Source: a virus (taxonomy: Duplodnaviria > Caudoviricetes). From it: a stretch of DNA of 63,352 nucleotides. The first letter of the stretch is position 1, and each line of letters begins with the position of its first letter. This document shows positions 33,744 to 44,929 of this stretch, piece by piece. A program made the translations under genes and the position numbers. The DNA is taken from positions 1-63,352 of IMG/VR virus record IMGVR_UViG_3300025326_000032. One strand, given 5' to 3'. Under the pieces are notes generated by a model. It ran no database searches, was not told the DNA's origin, and saw nothing but the letters and a program-made list of their open reading frames with translations.

Positions 33744-34277
33744 ATGGCTAACTTTGAGAAAGACTCAGGCGATATTCTCAGCATGGTCAGTATGCTTGAG
33801 AGGCATCTGATTCGTGATGGGTTTGATTCTACAAGTAAGCCTAGTATAGAACAAGTAGAAGAAGCACTTGAGACAACTGAGCAAGAAATCTTTATATGGC
33901 TTGCTGCTGAAGGATACTCAACAGATATAGCTGATTACTCAGCTTTAGCAAAGCAATTTATCTCTTGGTATGTATCATTAGGAGTAGCATATAGATTGGA
34001 ATTGTCTCAACCTGGAATTCAATCTAGTGCTCGTGGTAATAGTAGGTGGAGTGTTCTTTATCAACAGTACACTAGCCTAAAAGATATAATAGCAGGAGCA
34101 GCACTTACTCGTTTAGGTGTTATACAAACTGTGGCTGCTCGTTCTATTTTGACAGGTGTGAGTATAGCTGATAAAGCTACATTAACTGAAGATTCAGATG
34201 CTGTCCAACCTCAATTCACCCGCGAGTTAATGCGTAATCCTAATCGAGCTGGCTCAACGAATACTCCAACAATATAG
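33744..34277 (+). CDS. Putative head-tail adaptor
   Basis: Position; T.P...V...I...L...GY and P.FTR resemble gp36/gp6-like adaptors. Confidence 0.6.
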   Translation: MANFEKDSGDILSMVSMLERHLIRDGFDSTSKPSIEQVEEALETTEQEIFIWLAAEGYSTDIADYSALAKQFISWYVSLGVAYRLELSQPGIQSSARGNSRWSVLYQQYTSLKDIIAGAALTRLGVIQTVAARSILTGVSIADKATLTEDSDAVQPQFTRELMRNPNRAGSTNTPTI

Positions 34278-34279
34278 TA

Positions 34280-34747
34280 ATGGCTGCAGCATTTAAAGAG
34301 GTTCTGGACGCTCTGTATGATCTATTAGATGCACAAACAGCATTTAAATCTAAGGTGGGTAAAAATGACTTTTCTAAAATATATGATACGGGTGATAGTT
34401 GTCTTATTCTGCGCCCTAGTAGTTTTACCTCTACAGATGATGCCTTCGGTGGTGTCTACGCTGTAGTATGGGATATCATCGTAGAGATATATGAACCGTA
34501 CAGATCAAACATTGGTGATGTATTAGCAAGTCTTATAGATAACAGAGATATTATTATAGACTTAATTCAACAAAAGATGTATTTAGGTAAAGGCCAGGGA
34601 AACTCTATTAAGATACAGGCAGCAAATGTCGTACAAGGTGGTGAACTAACAGCTATTCTTGCTGATGATGGCGAAATGATCACTCACTTAATGTTGTCTG
34701 TGTTGATTAGAGTAGATCAATTAAGAACTGTAGTATTAGAGACATAA
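34280..34747 (+). CDS. Putative tail terminator/completion protein
   Basis: Position and size. Confidence 0.5.
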   Translation: MAAAFKEVLDALYDLLDAQTAFKSKVGKNDFSKIYDTGDSCLILRPSSFTSTDDAFGGVYAVVWDIIVEIYEPYRSNIGDVLASLIDNRDIIIDLIQQKMYLGKGQGNSIKIQAANVVQGGELTAILADDGEMITHLMLSVLIRVDQLRTVVLET

Positions 34748-34748
34748 G

Positions 34749-35249
34749 ATGACTATAGAAGTTCAAATATCTCTTACAGGCTTTGACAATGCTATGCGCC
34801 GTCTGCGCTTACTAGATAGACCAGAACGCTTAGTTCGTGGAGCTAAATTCTTTGCTCGTAAACGATTTGAAGATACGGGTGTTGAGCTTATTAGAAAGAA
34901 TGCTCCCTGGGATACAGGAGAATTAGCAAACAGTGCAAGGTTAACAGTTTTTGAAACGCCAGATAGTATAGAAGGTTCACTAGTTCTAGATGTTAAACAT
35001 GCTAGATGGGTTGTTCGTGGTACTGGCATATATGGGCCTCAGCAGCAACCTATTGTACCTACTCAAAGAAAGTTTATGGTTTTCTATTCTACTAAATTAG
35101 GCGGGGTTATACGTGCCAGGAGTGTTAAAGGGCAACGTCCTAATCCATTCTTGAAGAATGTAATGAGTATTCTTAGACAGAGACTAATGACTACACTTCC
35201 TATTGATATTCGTAAAGATATAGAAATTGCAGTGAAAGAGGGTGCCTAA
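34749..35249 (+). CDS. HK97 gp10-like neck protein
   Basis: AP.DTG.L.NS, HA.WV..GT, G..PNPFL. Confidence 0.75.
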   Translation: MTIEVQISLTGFDNAMRRLRLLDRPERLVRGAKFFARKRFEDTGVELIRKNAPWDTGELANSARLTVFETPDSIEGSLVLDVKHARWVVRGTGIYGPQQQPIVPTQRKFMVFYSTKLGGVIRARSVKGQRPNPFLKNVMSILRQRLMTTLPIDIRKDIEIAVKEGA

Positions 35250-36034
35250 TGGCGTCTCCAAGAATTGCAGGCAAAAATGCAAGGTTATATGTAGCTGATG
35301 TTCCATTATATCTTGATGCATTTGAGGCTGAAGACCAGATAGAGTTAAACCTTGAAGATGGTACACCATTTGGTGCTGACTGGCGTGAGATGACTCTTAT
35401 TGATGGACAGATATCTTTTGCTGTTAATGCATTCATGGATACTAAACGACCTCCTGATTTTACTGCTGATTATGTAACTGATAGGGCTTATTGGGATACT
35501 GCAATAGATGGTTCAAATAATATTAAGGCTAATCCTAATGTTCCTGTGATATTTGTGCCTGGAGCTGCTGCTGCTAGAGGAGATCCCGCTAAATTCTTAA
35601 ATTCTATTCTTGGTTCTCTTGCTATAAATACTCCGAGGTCTGGTCTAGGTAAATTACGAGGTAGGTTTGCAGCATCAGGTCAATATGGTAATGGCTTTAT
35701 TATCGCACAAGTAGAACAGTCATTCCCTACTGGTGTGACTCTAATACCAGCATCAGGCGGTACTGATATAAAGGTTGCTGGTACAACAGGAGTAATGGCT
35801 GCTATATGTGTATATAAGAAATCAGCTGGAGCCACGTTTACTATCAAAGTACAGGATTCAACTACATCAGGTGGAGCATATGGAGATGCAATAACGTTTG
35901 ATGCAATTACTGCTGTTGCAGCGCAGTTTAAGAGAGACTTATCAGATGCGGGTAAACAATTCCACCGTGTCTCTGTAAATAATGCTGGTTCGGCTGAAAC
36001 ACTTGGTTTAATCATTGTTTCGACTAATATATAG
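35249..36034 (+). CDS. Tail tube-like protein, paralog 1 with C-terminal extension
   Basis: N-terminal part aligns with 36054..36494. Confidence 0.65.
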   Translation: MASPRIAGKNARLYVADVPLYLDAFEAEDQIELNLEDGTPFGADWREMTLIDGQISFAVNAFMDTKRPPDFTADYVTDRAYWDTAIDGSNNIKANPNVPVIFVPGAAAARGDPAKFLNSILGSLAINTPRSGLGKLRGRFAASGQYGNGFIIAQVEQSFPTGVTLIPASGGTDIKVAGTTGVMAAICVYKKSAGATFTIKVQDSTTSGGAYGDAITFDAITAVAAQFKRDLSDAGKQFHRVSVNNAGSAETLGLIIVSTNI

Positions 36035-36053
36035 CTAGGAGGTAATATAAGAA

Positions 36054-36494
36054 ATGGCTAGTACACGTATTGTTGGTAAGGATGCAGTTTTCAAGGTTGC
36101 TGCTGATACAGGTGCAGTTGTAGATATCTCAGCAGATGGTAATGAGATAACTTTAAATCTAGAACTTAACAATGAGGATGGTACTGGCTTTGGTGTAAGC
36201 TGGAGAGAGTTTACACTAATCGATGGTACATTCTCTATTGATTATGCTTCTTGGTATGCCACGGGTACTGGTGTCATTGATGAAGTTCTAATGGGTGGGC
36301 CTACTATGGCTACACTGTTTGCTAAGAGACTATTTGAATTTCATCCTAATGGTGTAGGGCCATCTGCTACTAAGCCTAAATATTCTGGCTCTGTTTTCTT
36401 GGCATCTGCTCCCATCTCTGCGAATCGTAGTGGTATTACTACTATGCGAGCGCGCTTCAGCGGCGCGTCACAACTTGCAAGGGCGGTGGCCTAA
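36054..36494 (+). CDS. Major tail tube protein, paralog 2
   Basis: SD AGGAGGT; EDGT.FG..WREF, F.P.G....PKYSG, F.G...L.R. Confidence 0.75.
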   Translation: MASTRIVGKDAVFKVAADTGAVVDISADGNEITLNLELNNEDGTGFGVSWREFTLIDGTFSIDYASWYATGTGVIDEVLMGGPTMATLFAKRLFEFHPNGVGPSATKPKYSGSVFLASAPISANRSGITTMRARFSGASQLARAVA

Positions 36495-36495
36495 C

Positions 36496-36939
36496 ATGAC
36501 TCAGGAACCAGCTGAATATTTAGAAACAGAAGATACTGTATCTATGACTATAGATGGTATAGCATATATTCTTGCACGAGAGATAACTGGTGAGCAATAT
36601 TTGATCCTGCAGCAGAAATCCATTAAATCTGCTAATGGCGTACCTACTGAGTTTCAATCAGATGATAGACCATCCATTACAATAGATAGCGATCAGTATA
36701 ACCACTGGAATCTTATTCTCAGATTAATAGAACCTGATTTAACACCTGAGCAAGTTAAAGCTTTAAAACGCAAGATATATCATCCTTTGGCTCTTCTTGC
36801 AGCTCGATTAGATGCTGAGGAAGCGAGAAGCATTAGTGATTTTTTAGTCGCCAACTCACAATGCTTCCGAATGTCGGGATCGACCTTGGAACCCTTCTTA
36901 GACTCCCTTCAGGTTACATCAGAAGCCTCGGAAGAATAG
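36496..36939 (+). CDS. Tail assembly chaperone (G-like)
   Basis: Between tube and tape measure; contains slippery heptamer. Confidence 0.75.
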   Translation: MTQEPAEYLETEDTVSMTIDGIAYILAREITGEQYLILQQKSIKSANGVPTEFQSDDRPSITIDSDQYNHWNLILRLIEPDLTPEQVKALKRKIYHPLALLAARLDAEEARSISDFLVANSQCFRMSGSTLEPFLDSLQVTSEASEE

Positions 36940-37025
36940 CAGCTCAACGCATTTCTGATGATTTATTCAGACAGTCTCTTAATGAGGCTGATTCTGATGT
37001 AGTTTCACGTTCTTGGGGTGGGTAA
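36840..37025 (+). other. -1 programmed frameshift site T_TTT_TTA and extension frame (GT-like product)
   Basis: Heptamer 36840-36846; -1 frame open to TAA 37023-37025. Confidence 0.75.
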
Positions 37026-37080
37026 TTCTTAATTCTCAGGATTTAAAGGCTCTTTAAGATTTAAGATTTAGGATAGTTAA

Positions 37081-39825
37081 ATGGTTCAATCAGCTGGTGG
37101 TGGTAATTTAGAGCAGGTTCAGATTAATCTGATTATTAATACTATTGCTCAAATGCAGCAGCTGCGTCTATTTACTACTGAATTAGAACGCTTGGGTGAA
37201 CGTGTCCAACAGAGAAATCCTCTAGGTCAATTTACAAAAACTACTCAAGAACAATTTAGCGAATTACAACGTTCAGGTCGTGACTTAAGCCAGACTTTGC
37301 AAGAAGGATTTGGCCCTCGATTTATTTCCAGTACAGGCCAAGCTAACTCAGCTCTTATCCGTATTGGTAGCACATTCGGGGTCTTTAGTGCTAAAGCACA
37401 GGCTGCTGGCCAGATTAGTAGTGCTCAAGCTGCTAACTTTCAACAATTATCAGGTCAAATAACTGGCATAGGTGTATCAGGTCAGGCTTCAGCAGCAACA
37501 CTTCAAGCTTTAGTAAGTAGACTCAGCCAGATATCAGCAACGAGCATGGTTGGTCGTTCTGCGATTAATGCCCTAAATGCTGAATTGATGGGATTACAAC
37601 AACAGATTCAGCGTGTTGGGATAGAGCGTAATCTAACTCAACCTCTTACTGGCGCTGCAGCTGCAGGCCAAGGCTTATTACTAAGCTTCTCTATTTCTCA
37701 AGCTATAGCTGGTAGACTATCAGCTGCGTTGTTTGGTCTTGGTTTTGCATTAATTTTCACTAAGACTGGCTTCTTAAATCTCACTACAGTTGCAGTAGCT
37801 CTTGCTGCATCTCTGGGCACATTAGTATTAGATAAATACGCAGGTAGTCTTTTCAAGAGTACATCAGAATCTGAGCGTCTTGCTGACAGTCTAACTAAAG
37901 CAAATGAGAGATTAGAAGAATTTAGAAATAAGTTAACAGCAGCTCAGGCTTTAGCTGATTTAGGTATATCTGATCCATTAGAGTTGTTAGGAGAAAGAGA
38001 TGTAGGAGATTTAGGGAATAAAACTCTAAAGGAAATTCGCGCGACTATAACTGCTAATGTAGTTGAAATAAGAGAATATAATAGAGGCATAATCGAATTA
38101 GCTCGTTCAGGAGAAGACATATCTCTGGTTTTTAGAAAAGAAGCTGAGGAGTTAAGAGAACTACAAGCAGAACTAAATAAGTCAGCTTCTTTTACGGATA
38201 ATTTTAAAACAGCATTAAAGGGTGTTATAGGATTAAAGTCACCATTTAAGTTTGAAAAACCTTCTACAGATGTTTTTGAGGACTTTGTTTCTCGTATCGA
38301 TGGTCTAATGGCAGAAGCTCGTATTGCTTATGAAGATGAAGTAGCTAACATCACTAGAGAATTTGAACAGGCTGATCAATTAAAGATAAAGCTAAAGCCA
38401 ATTAAGATAGAGCGTCAGAGACTAGAGACTACTTTTGACATCCAGACTGATGTAATTCAAAGAGAAGTAGAGCGACAAGCTAATATAGTTCGTGAAGTAA
38501 CAGAAGGTCAAGTTGATGCTCGTCGTCGTGCATTAGAGACTGAAACAGATATTATTCGTCAAAGTTATGATGATCAGACAGACACTATTCGTCAAAGATT
38601 AGAAGATCAGCTTAGTGCTTTAAGAGATGCTGATGATAAGCGTATTGATGTTATCCGTGATGCTCTAAATGAAGAGATAGAACTATTACGTGATCAATCT
38701 GAAATACGCATTGATACTATTAGTAAGAATGCTGAAGCTGAAATAGATGTTAATAAAGATCGTATTTCTAAGATTCGAGAACAGGAGCGTGAATTAACAA
38801 AAGTCTTATCTGATTTACGAAGTAAGCGTGAGGAAGTCCGTGCAGATATTATCGGCCAGGAGGCGATGCTTGCTGCTATAGAGCGAGATGCTAGAGCATC
38901 TGGTGTTATGGCTCTTGAAGAGCAAACATTAATCCGTGCTCGTATAGAAGGCCTTCAGGCTGAGGATAATGCACTTTCTAATACTATAGCTGGACGTGAA
39001 CAGGCTCTAAATGCAATTCAAAACCAGATTAATTCTATAGAAAACCTAATTAACAAAATAGAAGAAGCAAGGGATCAGGCTATTAAGGCTGCCCGTGATG
39101 AAGCTGAGGCTCGCCAGAAGGTAGTACAAAATGCAGCGGATAACGAAATTAAAGCAATACGTGATGTTGCAAATCAGCGAGAAAGGGATGCTCGAAGAGC
39201 TGCTGATACTCAGGTAGAACAAGTAAATCGTGCTCGTGATGCTACTATACGAGCTGCACAAGATTCTGCAAACGCTGACATTAAAGCGATACAGCAAGTT
39301 GGAAGTGCTCGTATTACCGCTGTGCGTAATTCTGGTCAAGTAATAGAGGGTATATTACGTAAACAGCAAGATATTCAGGGTGTAATTCTTGATCAACAAG
39401 AAGAGGAAATACGTAGAGCTGATAGATTAGCACAAGCAATTGACCCAATTGTGAGGGCTTATAGAGAGTTACTAAAGATTCGGGTTGTTACTTCTATTAT
39501 ACTTGGAATACCATTACCATCTCTTCCGTCTACTATTACAGATGTTCCTGGTACGTCATTTCTCCCAAGGTTACCTAGTCGTCAGCTGGGCGGTATAGTT
39601 CCTGGGCCTATAGGACAACCTAGACTTATTAAGGCTCATGGTGGGGAAGAGATACGTCGTCCTGATCAGCAGAATCTTTTGCCTGCAGGTAGTGTCTCAA
39701 TTATTATTGAAAATCTAAATGTTAATGACCCATCTGATCTTGACCGATTTGAGCGAGTTATTAATAATGCTATTGGTCGTAAAACTAAGCTAGCTATCCG
39801 TTCTAAGAAACATATGTCGAGGTAA
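37081..39825 (+). CDS. Tape measure protein
   Basis: 914 aa, helical/coiled coil, hydrophobic segment, C-terminal GG.VPGP.G.P.LI.AHGGE. Confidence 0.9.
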   Translation: MVQSAGGGNLEQVQINLIINTIAQMQQLRLFTTELERLGERVQQRNPLGQFTKTTQEQFSELQRSGRDLSQTLQEGFGPRFISSTGQANSALIRIGSTFGVFSAKAQAAGQISSAQAANFQQLSGQITGIGVSGQASAATLQALVSRLSQISATSMVGRSAINALNAELMGLQQQIQRVGIERNLTQPLTGAAAAGQGLLLSFSISQAIAGRLSAALFGLGFALIFTKTGFLNLTTVAVALAASLGTLVLDKYAGSLFKSTSESERLADSLTKANERLEEFRNKLTAAQALADLGISDPLELLGERDVGDLGNKTLKEIRATITANVVEIREYNRGIIELARSGEDISLVFRKEAEELRELQAELNKSASFTDNFKTALKGVIGLKSPFKFEKPSTDVFEDFVSRIDGLMAEARIAYEDEVANITREFEQADQLKIKLKPIKIERQRLETTFDIQTDVIQREVERQANIVREVTEGQVDARRRALETETDIIRQSYDDQTDTIRQRLEDQLSALRDADDKRIDVIRDALNEEIELLRDQSEIRIDTISKNAEAEIDVNKDRISKIREQERELTKVLSDLRSKREEVRADIIGQEAMLAAIERDARASGVMALEEQTLIRARIEGLQAEDNALSNTIAGREQALNAIQNQINSIENLINKIEEARDQAIKAARDEAEARQKVVQNAADNEIKAIRDVANQRERDARRAADTQVEQVNRARDATIRAAQDSANADIKAIQQVGSARITAVRNSGQVIEGILRKQQDIQGVILDQQEEEIRRADRLAQAIDPIVRAYRELLKIRVVTSIILGIPLPSLPSTITDVPGTSFLPRLPSRQLGGIVPGPIGQPRLIKAHGGEEIRRPDQQNLLPAGSVSIIIENLNVNDPSDLDRFERVINNAIGRKTKLAIRSKKHMSR

Positions 39826-39826
39826 A

Positions 39827-42592
39827 ATGACTGCTGTACTTAAAATTCAATCTGGGAATACTACTAATACTGATATAGTTGACTTTATCACATCAGGTAC
39901 GACTTATGTTCTGCTTGAGAATGGTGTTTCTATACCAATACCATCAGTAAAGCGTGCTATGTCTGCCAGTTCTGGCTTCAGAGGCGAACGTATACTAAGT
40001 AAACATTACTCTAACAGAGAAATAGAGATAAACTTTGATATTAGGGCCAATAGTCACGACCAGCTACTAGAATCAGTTAGGAAAATACAAAGGCTCATAG
40101 ATAGAGCTATTGAGAATACTCGAACTGGGCATGGCGAAAAGATATATTTAGAGTATAAACTGAACAATGCTACAAGCTCAGTGTATTTTGATATCCTTGA
40201 TGGTTCTCTTGCAATTGGTGATACTGCAGATGTTACTGTACATAGAGATAATAAGTTACGTGGTAACAAGCTAACTCTGATATGTGAGCCTTTTGCTCGT
40301 GGGGCTACGGCTCCTGTCAAACTAAGAAATCTGTTAGTGAATCCAGGTTTTGACTGGAATCCAGGTGAGTCAGCTCTGGATTCCAGTGGTCGTTATTTTA
40401 TAACAATAGATGACAATACTAAGTATCTGAGCCATGCAACGGCGAGTAACTTTAAGCCAACAGGTACTGCTCCTAACTTTTTAACTTGTGGTTGGTGGAT
40501 TAAGCGCGGTGCTACAGGTGGCGCAGGCGATGATGTCATAGCTATATGTGGTGATACAACTCCAGCCTGGAAGTTATGGATAGATGCAACTCATGCTCTT
40601 CGTTTCTCCTGGTGGGATACTGGTAGTACTGAGCATAATATAACAGGCTCAGGCGCTTTAGTATTAGGAAGTGGCCCTCATTTGGTAAGTGTCTGTATGT
40701 ACAGCACGAATGGTACTGATATTGTTGCTATACTGGTAGTTAATGGTAAAGTTGTAGGCTCTGATCGTGTTGCTAGTCCATTAGCGATGAGAACACCTTC
40801 TGGTGCTTACAAGGTTGGTCAGCAAAACTCAACTAACTGGTTCGAAGGTAATATTTATAGTGGTTTTGTGCTAGTAAATATGGCTGTCCTACCATTTCAA
40901 CTCACTGATATTTTTCTGTACGGACTAGATCATTTTACAGGCAATGGGCCATTTGGAGAGGCATATTGGGCACTTGATTCTGCTTATCTCAAGGGTCTAT
41001 GGATGATTGATCCGGCAGATGATGTGCTTGACCAATCTGGCAATGGCAATACTTTAATAGTTAATGGCTCGCCCGCTAGAACTTGGACAGAACGTAAGCC
41101 TAAAGGTTGGACGTTAGGAGCTGCTTTTCAAGCATCAATTTCATCTGGTCTAGTGTCAGTAGGCAGCAAGCATGGAGCGTATAGTATTTACTTTTGGGAG
41201 GCTACCGGCACAGCTACTATGACAGTGGAACAAACTGTTAATGTGCCAGTAGGAACTACTGAGTTAACTTTAGTTGTATGGCTTAAAAGAGTCCTGTTTG
41301 CAGGATGGGCGTCAAAGATAGAGATAGAATGGGAAGGCTCCACTGATACTATTGAACTGACTGGAGCCGCAGCCTGGCATCAATATTATAAAACCAAGGA
41401 ATCTGGGATTGGTACTTCAACGACTGTTAAGTTTAAATACACGATTGCGGCTTCTACTAGTATCCAAATAGATTCTATAATGATATTACCAGGCAAACCA
41501 TTCGGGTCAGCTCTGACCTGGACAGAGAAAACTGCGCCTTATCTACCTTATATTGGCTCGTCAAGGATGCGTAATACTTTTGATCTCACAGGTACTGATA
41601 TCAGAGTTCCAGTTCTTGAAGTAGCTGAGATACCTGGAGATATAGATGCCTCTTGCCGAGTTATTTTAGAAAACTCAGGTGCTGGGGTTAATTTAGGGCC
41701 AATACGAATAGGTTTCACAGGTGCAATATCTCAACCCTGGGCATCCAGATTTGAATGGCGCTTGAATTCGTTCGTGCCATTATGGGATAATGATACAGAT
41801 ATAGTAGCCATAGGTTCTGATCCTGTTGTGCGTTCTAGGGCTGAGACAATTCTTAAGGACAGAATTGCTATTCCATTAGGCAGATTATTCCCAGTGCCAC
41901 ATATACAATCAGGTTCTTATAAAGCTTTTATTTGCGTCCAAAGTGAACTAGATATGATATCACTCCTAAGACTGCAATCTCAGATGGCTAAGATACCCCT
42001 AACGTTTGATCCTATTAAAGATATCAATGCTGCCTCCAGCACATTACATTTAGTAGATGGTGGTATTCTAACATGGCCTCCCGATATAGGCGTTAGTTTA
42101 GCTCGAACTGGCTTTTTTACATCTGTACCTAGAAATGCTAAGAGTGCTCAGTATACGCCAAAATTACTAGTTTCTAACATAGCAGATGTTGAGATTGCAG
42201 CTCCTAATATTAGTTATGAATGGCTTATACTTATTCCTGTAGATGGGGGATTTGCGATAGCCCAGCCTGCTAATGCTAATCCTGAAAGTGCCTTATTGCC
42301 TAACGAAAGATTAGTTATTGATACTATAGATGAAGAGTCAACTCATGTAGGCTATCTATCTAAGAGAACGACTTATAATATTACGAAATATAATGAATTA
42401 CTGTCTACGGAAAGTTCTGACTTACCTATTTTTTCATCTGGCTTCTATCTACCTACTGGTGTAACAGGTGAAAGTATGTTCGTTGCTCATGTATCTACTC
42501 CAGGCAGTTCAGATGAGCCTTTCGGTTCCTTCATCCCTACTACGACATTTGATATGTGGCTAGAGTATATGCCTAGATATCTCTATGTCTAG
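39827..42592 (+). CDS. Distal tail (Dit)-like protein with LamG/carbohydrate-binding insertions
   Basis: NREI....I, L.L.CEPFARG, LamG-like W.K...IG.....F.G.I, C-terminal Y.PRYL. Confidence 0.7.
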   Translation: MTAVLKIQSGNTTNTDIVDFITSGTTYVLLENGVSIPIPSVKRAMSASSGFRGERILSKHYSNREIEINFDIRANSHDQLLESVRKIQRLIDRAIENTRTGHGEKIYLEYKLNNATSSVYFDILDGSLAIGDTADVTVHRDNKLRGNKLTLICEPFARGATAPVKLRNLLVNPGFDWNPGESALDSSGRYFITIDDNTKYLSHATASNFKPTGTAPNFLTCGWWIKRGATGGAGDDVIAICGDTTPAWKLWIDATHALRFSWWDTGSTEHNITGSGALVLGSGPHLVSVCMYSTNGTDIVAILVVNGKVVGSDRVASPLAMRTPSGAYKVGQQNSTNWFEGNIYSGFVLVNMAVLPFQLTDIFLYGLDHFTGNGPFGEAYWALDSAYLKGLWMIDPADDVLDQSGNGNTLIVNGSPARTWTERKPKGWTLGAAFQASISSGLVSVGSKHGAYSIYFWEATGTATMTVEQTVNVPVGTTELTLVVWLKRVLFAGWASKIEIEWEGSTDTIELTGAAAWHQYYKTKESGIGTSTTVKFKYTIAASTSIQIDSIMILPGKPFGSALTWTEKTAPYLPYIGSSRMRNTFDLTGTDIRVPVLEVAEIPGDIDASCRVILENSGAGVNLGPIRIGFTGAISQPWASRFEWRLNSFVPLWDNDTDIVAIGSDPVVRSRAETILKDRIAIPLGRLFPVPHIQSGSYKAFICVQSELDMISLLRLQSQMAKIPLTFDPIKDINAASSTLHLVDGGILTWPPDIGVSLARTGFFTSVPRNAKSAQYTPKLLVSNIADVEIAAPNISYEWLILIPVDGGFAIAQPANANPESALLPNERLVIDTIDEESTHVGYLSKRTTYNITKYNELLSTESSDLPIFSSGFYLPTGVTGESMFVAHVSTPGSSDEPFGSFIPTTTFDMWLEYMPRYLYV

Positions 42593-44924
42593 TTTAATTA
42601 TTGTTCTAACTAACAAAGCTAACAGGAGTAAACAGATTACTCCTGTAATAGAAGATATTACTCGCAAGGTATCTAATGTTAGATTTGGCTCGTCTCTTGG
42701 GACTGGTTTCTCAGCCTGTGAACTTGATATTGCTATGCCATTTACTAAAACTAGAGAGTGGTATGAGCGATATTTGTTTTACGGTATTAACATTTATGAG
42801 GCTGATGAACCAGTATGGGAAGGCCGTATTGAAGCTATAAGGATAACTGATGAGGGTATAAGTCTTACCTGTAATGGTTATTGGTCAAATCTAGCTGATC
42901 AAAGACTGTATTCTTTCTGGGCTGATAACCGGATGGATGCGTGGAAAACTCCCATAGAAGGTGCGGGTAACATTTCTGATGAAATTGGGCTTACTAATCT
43001 GATCAATCGTAGGGGCTGGATTTCAGTTGAGCGTGCCCTATGGGGATTTGGTCATAAAAGAGGTCTGGATTATGCTGAAGGCGAAAGGGTGGCAATCTAC
43101 TATAGACTTCCACGTGTAGATAATCTATCAGATAAAAGGATTTTTCAGCCTAATACTATTCACTCTATACAATATCAATGGGATAGAAGTTCACCCATAC
43201 CATCAGGGTTTACACATAGAATTTGGACAGCTCCATATGATAAAAGTACATCATGGACTGAGAAGGACGCGACTAGTCCTGTTCTTGATTCTCCTGGTGT
43301 AAAAACTGTCAATTTGGCTGCTAATGGTGATGTAGTACAGGCAGTCGCATTCGGGTATCAAATAGTCTCCCCTGGTATTACAGACTATCCAAATGATGAT
43401 GGACATGAGCGTATGATATTCACTAATGTTACTATATGGGCAGAAAGAGATGCAGCTCGTGGTCAAGCCAATGAGAATACAGCCCGTAAGATTATTACAG
43501 ACTTGCTATTAGGCAATAGTAATGTCAGTGTTGATTCAAAAGGAAATCAGATATCGGATGACGCGCTAGATATCCAAGATAACGATGTAGAAGTTATTCC
43601 TGCTGTTTTTGCAGATGAATCATTACATGATATCATAAATAAACTAGTGGGTTATGGTATTGGTGTAGAGACTAACCTGGTTAATAATCCAAGTCTAGAA
43701 ATAGACACAGCAGGCTGGACAGACGAAGCTGGTGGTGCCATAACTCGTGATACTACTACGGCTATAAAAGGTTCAGCCTCAGCAAAAGTTGCTATAGCTA
43801 ATGCTGCTGGTGAAGGCTTTATTATTAAGAGGCGAGACACTACACGCATTCCAGTTACAGGAGATAGACATTATACTTTTTCATGCTGGGCCAAGTTGGA
43901 CGCTGGCATTGCTAAAGCTTTCTTGGTGACTATGCGTTGGTATACAAGTGGTGATGTAGAAATAAGTGCATCATCAACGATTGCAGCAATCCAGACTGGC
44001 ACTGTCTTTGGTAGAGATGTAAAGCTTATTAATTCAAAGTCACCATCGAATGCAGCTAAAGTACAACTTGAATTAGTAACACAATCAGCAGGTGGAGCAT
44101 ATAATTTATGGGCAGATGGTGTTATGTTTCAAGAGTCTGAGAGACTAGAGCCCTACATAGATGGGAATGAAATAGAAGGAATCTGGTCTGGCGACGCACA
44201 TAAGTCAACATCGTTAAAACTACTACCTGCTAATTATGGTGTATTTGGACGCAGGCGATTACATATAAAGCCACGAGATAGAGAGAACATAAGATGGGTT
44301 ATTCCTCTATCAGCTATAACAGATAATGGTTTAAGCTTAGAGCGTACAGTAGAAGAATTCTGGGTTCGTGTCTGGAGTAGATTTAACGAGTCCTTTACAG
44401 GCTTACCGTCTTATACCGATGTAGCTCAGAACATACTTAATCAACAATTAATCTCTGATGAACGTGACAGAACTTATGATGTAGGCTCAGCTCTTACTGA
44501 GTTTGCTGAAGCAATTAGCCGTATAGCTTTAACTGATTTCAGTATAACAAGACAAAGGGCTGAAATAGAAGTAAAAACCTATATTTTGAATATATTTGGA
44601 GTGCGAGAGCCTTTATGGCGTATCAGAGCAGGAGACTTAATGATAGTACCAGATCTGATTCCATTAGTAGTATATGGTCATAAAGACATAAATAAGAATG
44701 ACAAATACAACAGATTAGATAATGGGACTGTCTTTGTTGTCCGTGAAGTAGAATATGATAGTGAGAGTGACTCTGCTACTATATTACCTGACCTAGTATC
44801 ACAAGGTCTAGAATCTATTCTGGCACAAGCGACGCTATTGCCATCTCTGTCACCTAGGACTTCAACACCATCACCGATACCCTCTGGATCAGGTGGACTC
44901 AGTGGAGCTGGAGCCACATTTTAA
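42585..44924 (+). CDS. Tail tip/baseplate hub (Tal-like) with CBM-like insertion
   Basis: VWEGRIE, C.GYW, NLV.NPS.E....GW, YTFS.W.K, IRAGD. Confidence 0.7.
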   Translation: MSSLIIVLTNKANRSKQITPVIEDITRKVSNVRFGSSLGTGFSACELDIAMPFTKTREWYERYLFYGINIYEADEPVWEGRIEAIRITDEGISLTCNGYWSNLADQRLYSFWADNRMDAWKTPIEGAGNISDEIGLTNLINRRGWISVERALWGFGHKRGLDYAEGERVAIYYRLPRVDNLSDKRIFQPNTIHSIQYQWDRSSPIPSGFTHRIWTAPYDKSTSWTEKDATSPVLDSPGVKTVNLAANGDVVQAVAFGYQIVSPGITDYPNDDGHERMIFTNVTIWAERDAARGQANENTARKIITDLLLGNSNVSVDSKGNQISDDALDIQDNDVEVIPAVFADESLHDIINKLVGYGIGVETNLVNNPSLEIDTAGWTDEAGGAITRDTTTAIKGSASAKVAIANAAGEGFIIKRRDTTRIPVTGDRHYTFSCWAKLDAGIAKAFLVTMRWYTSGDVEISASSTIAAIQTGTVFGRDVKLINSKSPSNAAKVQLELVTQSAGGAYNLWADGVMFQESERLEPYIDGNEIEGIWSGDAHKSTSLKLLPANYGVFGRRRLHIKPRDRENIRWVIPLSAITDNGLSLERTVEEFWVRVWSRFNESFTGLPSYTDVAQNILNQQLISDERDRTYDVGSALTEFAEAISRIALTDFSITRQRAEIEVKTYILNIFGVREPLWRIRAGDLMIVPDLIPLVVYGHKDINKNDKYNRLDNGTVFVVREVEYDSESDSATILPDLVSQGLESILAQATLLPSLSPRTSTPSPIPSGSGGLSGAGATF

Positions 44925-44929
44925 CTCTG

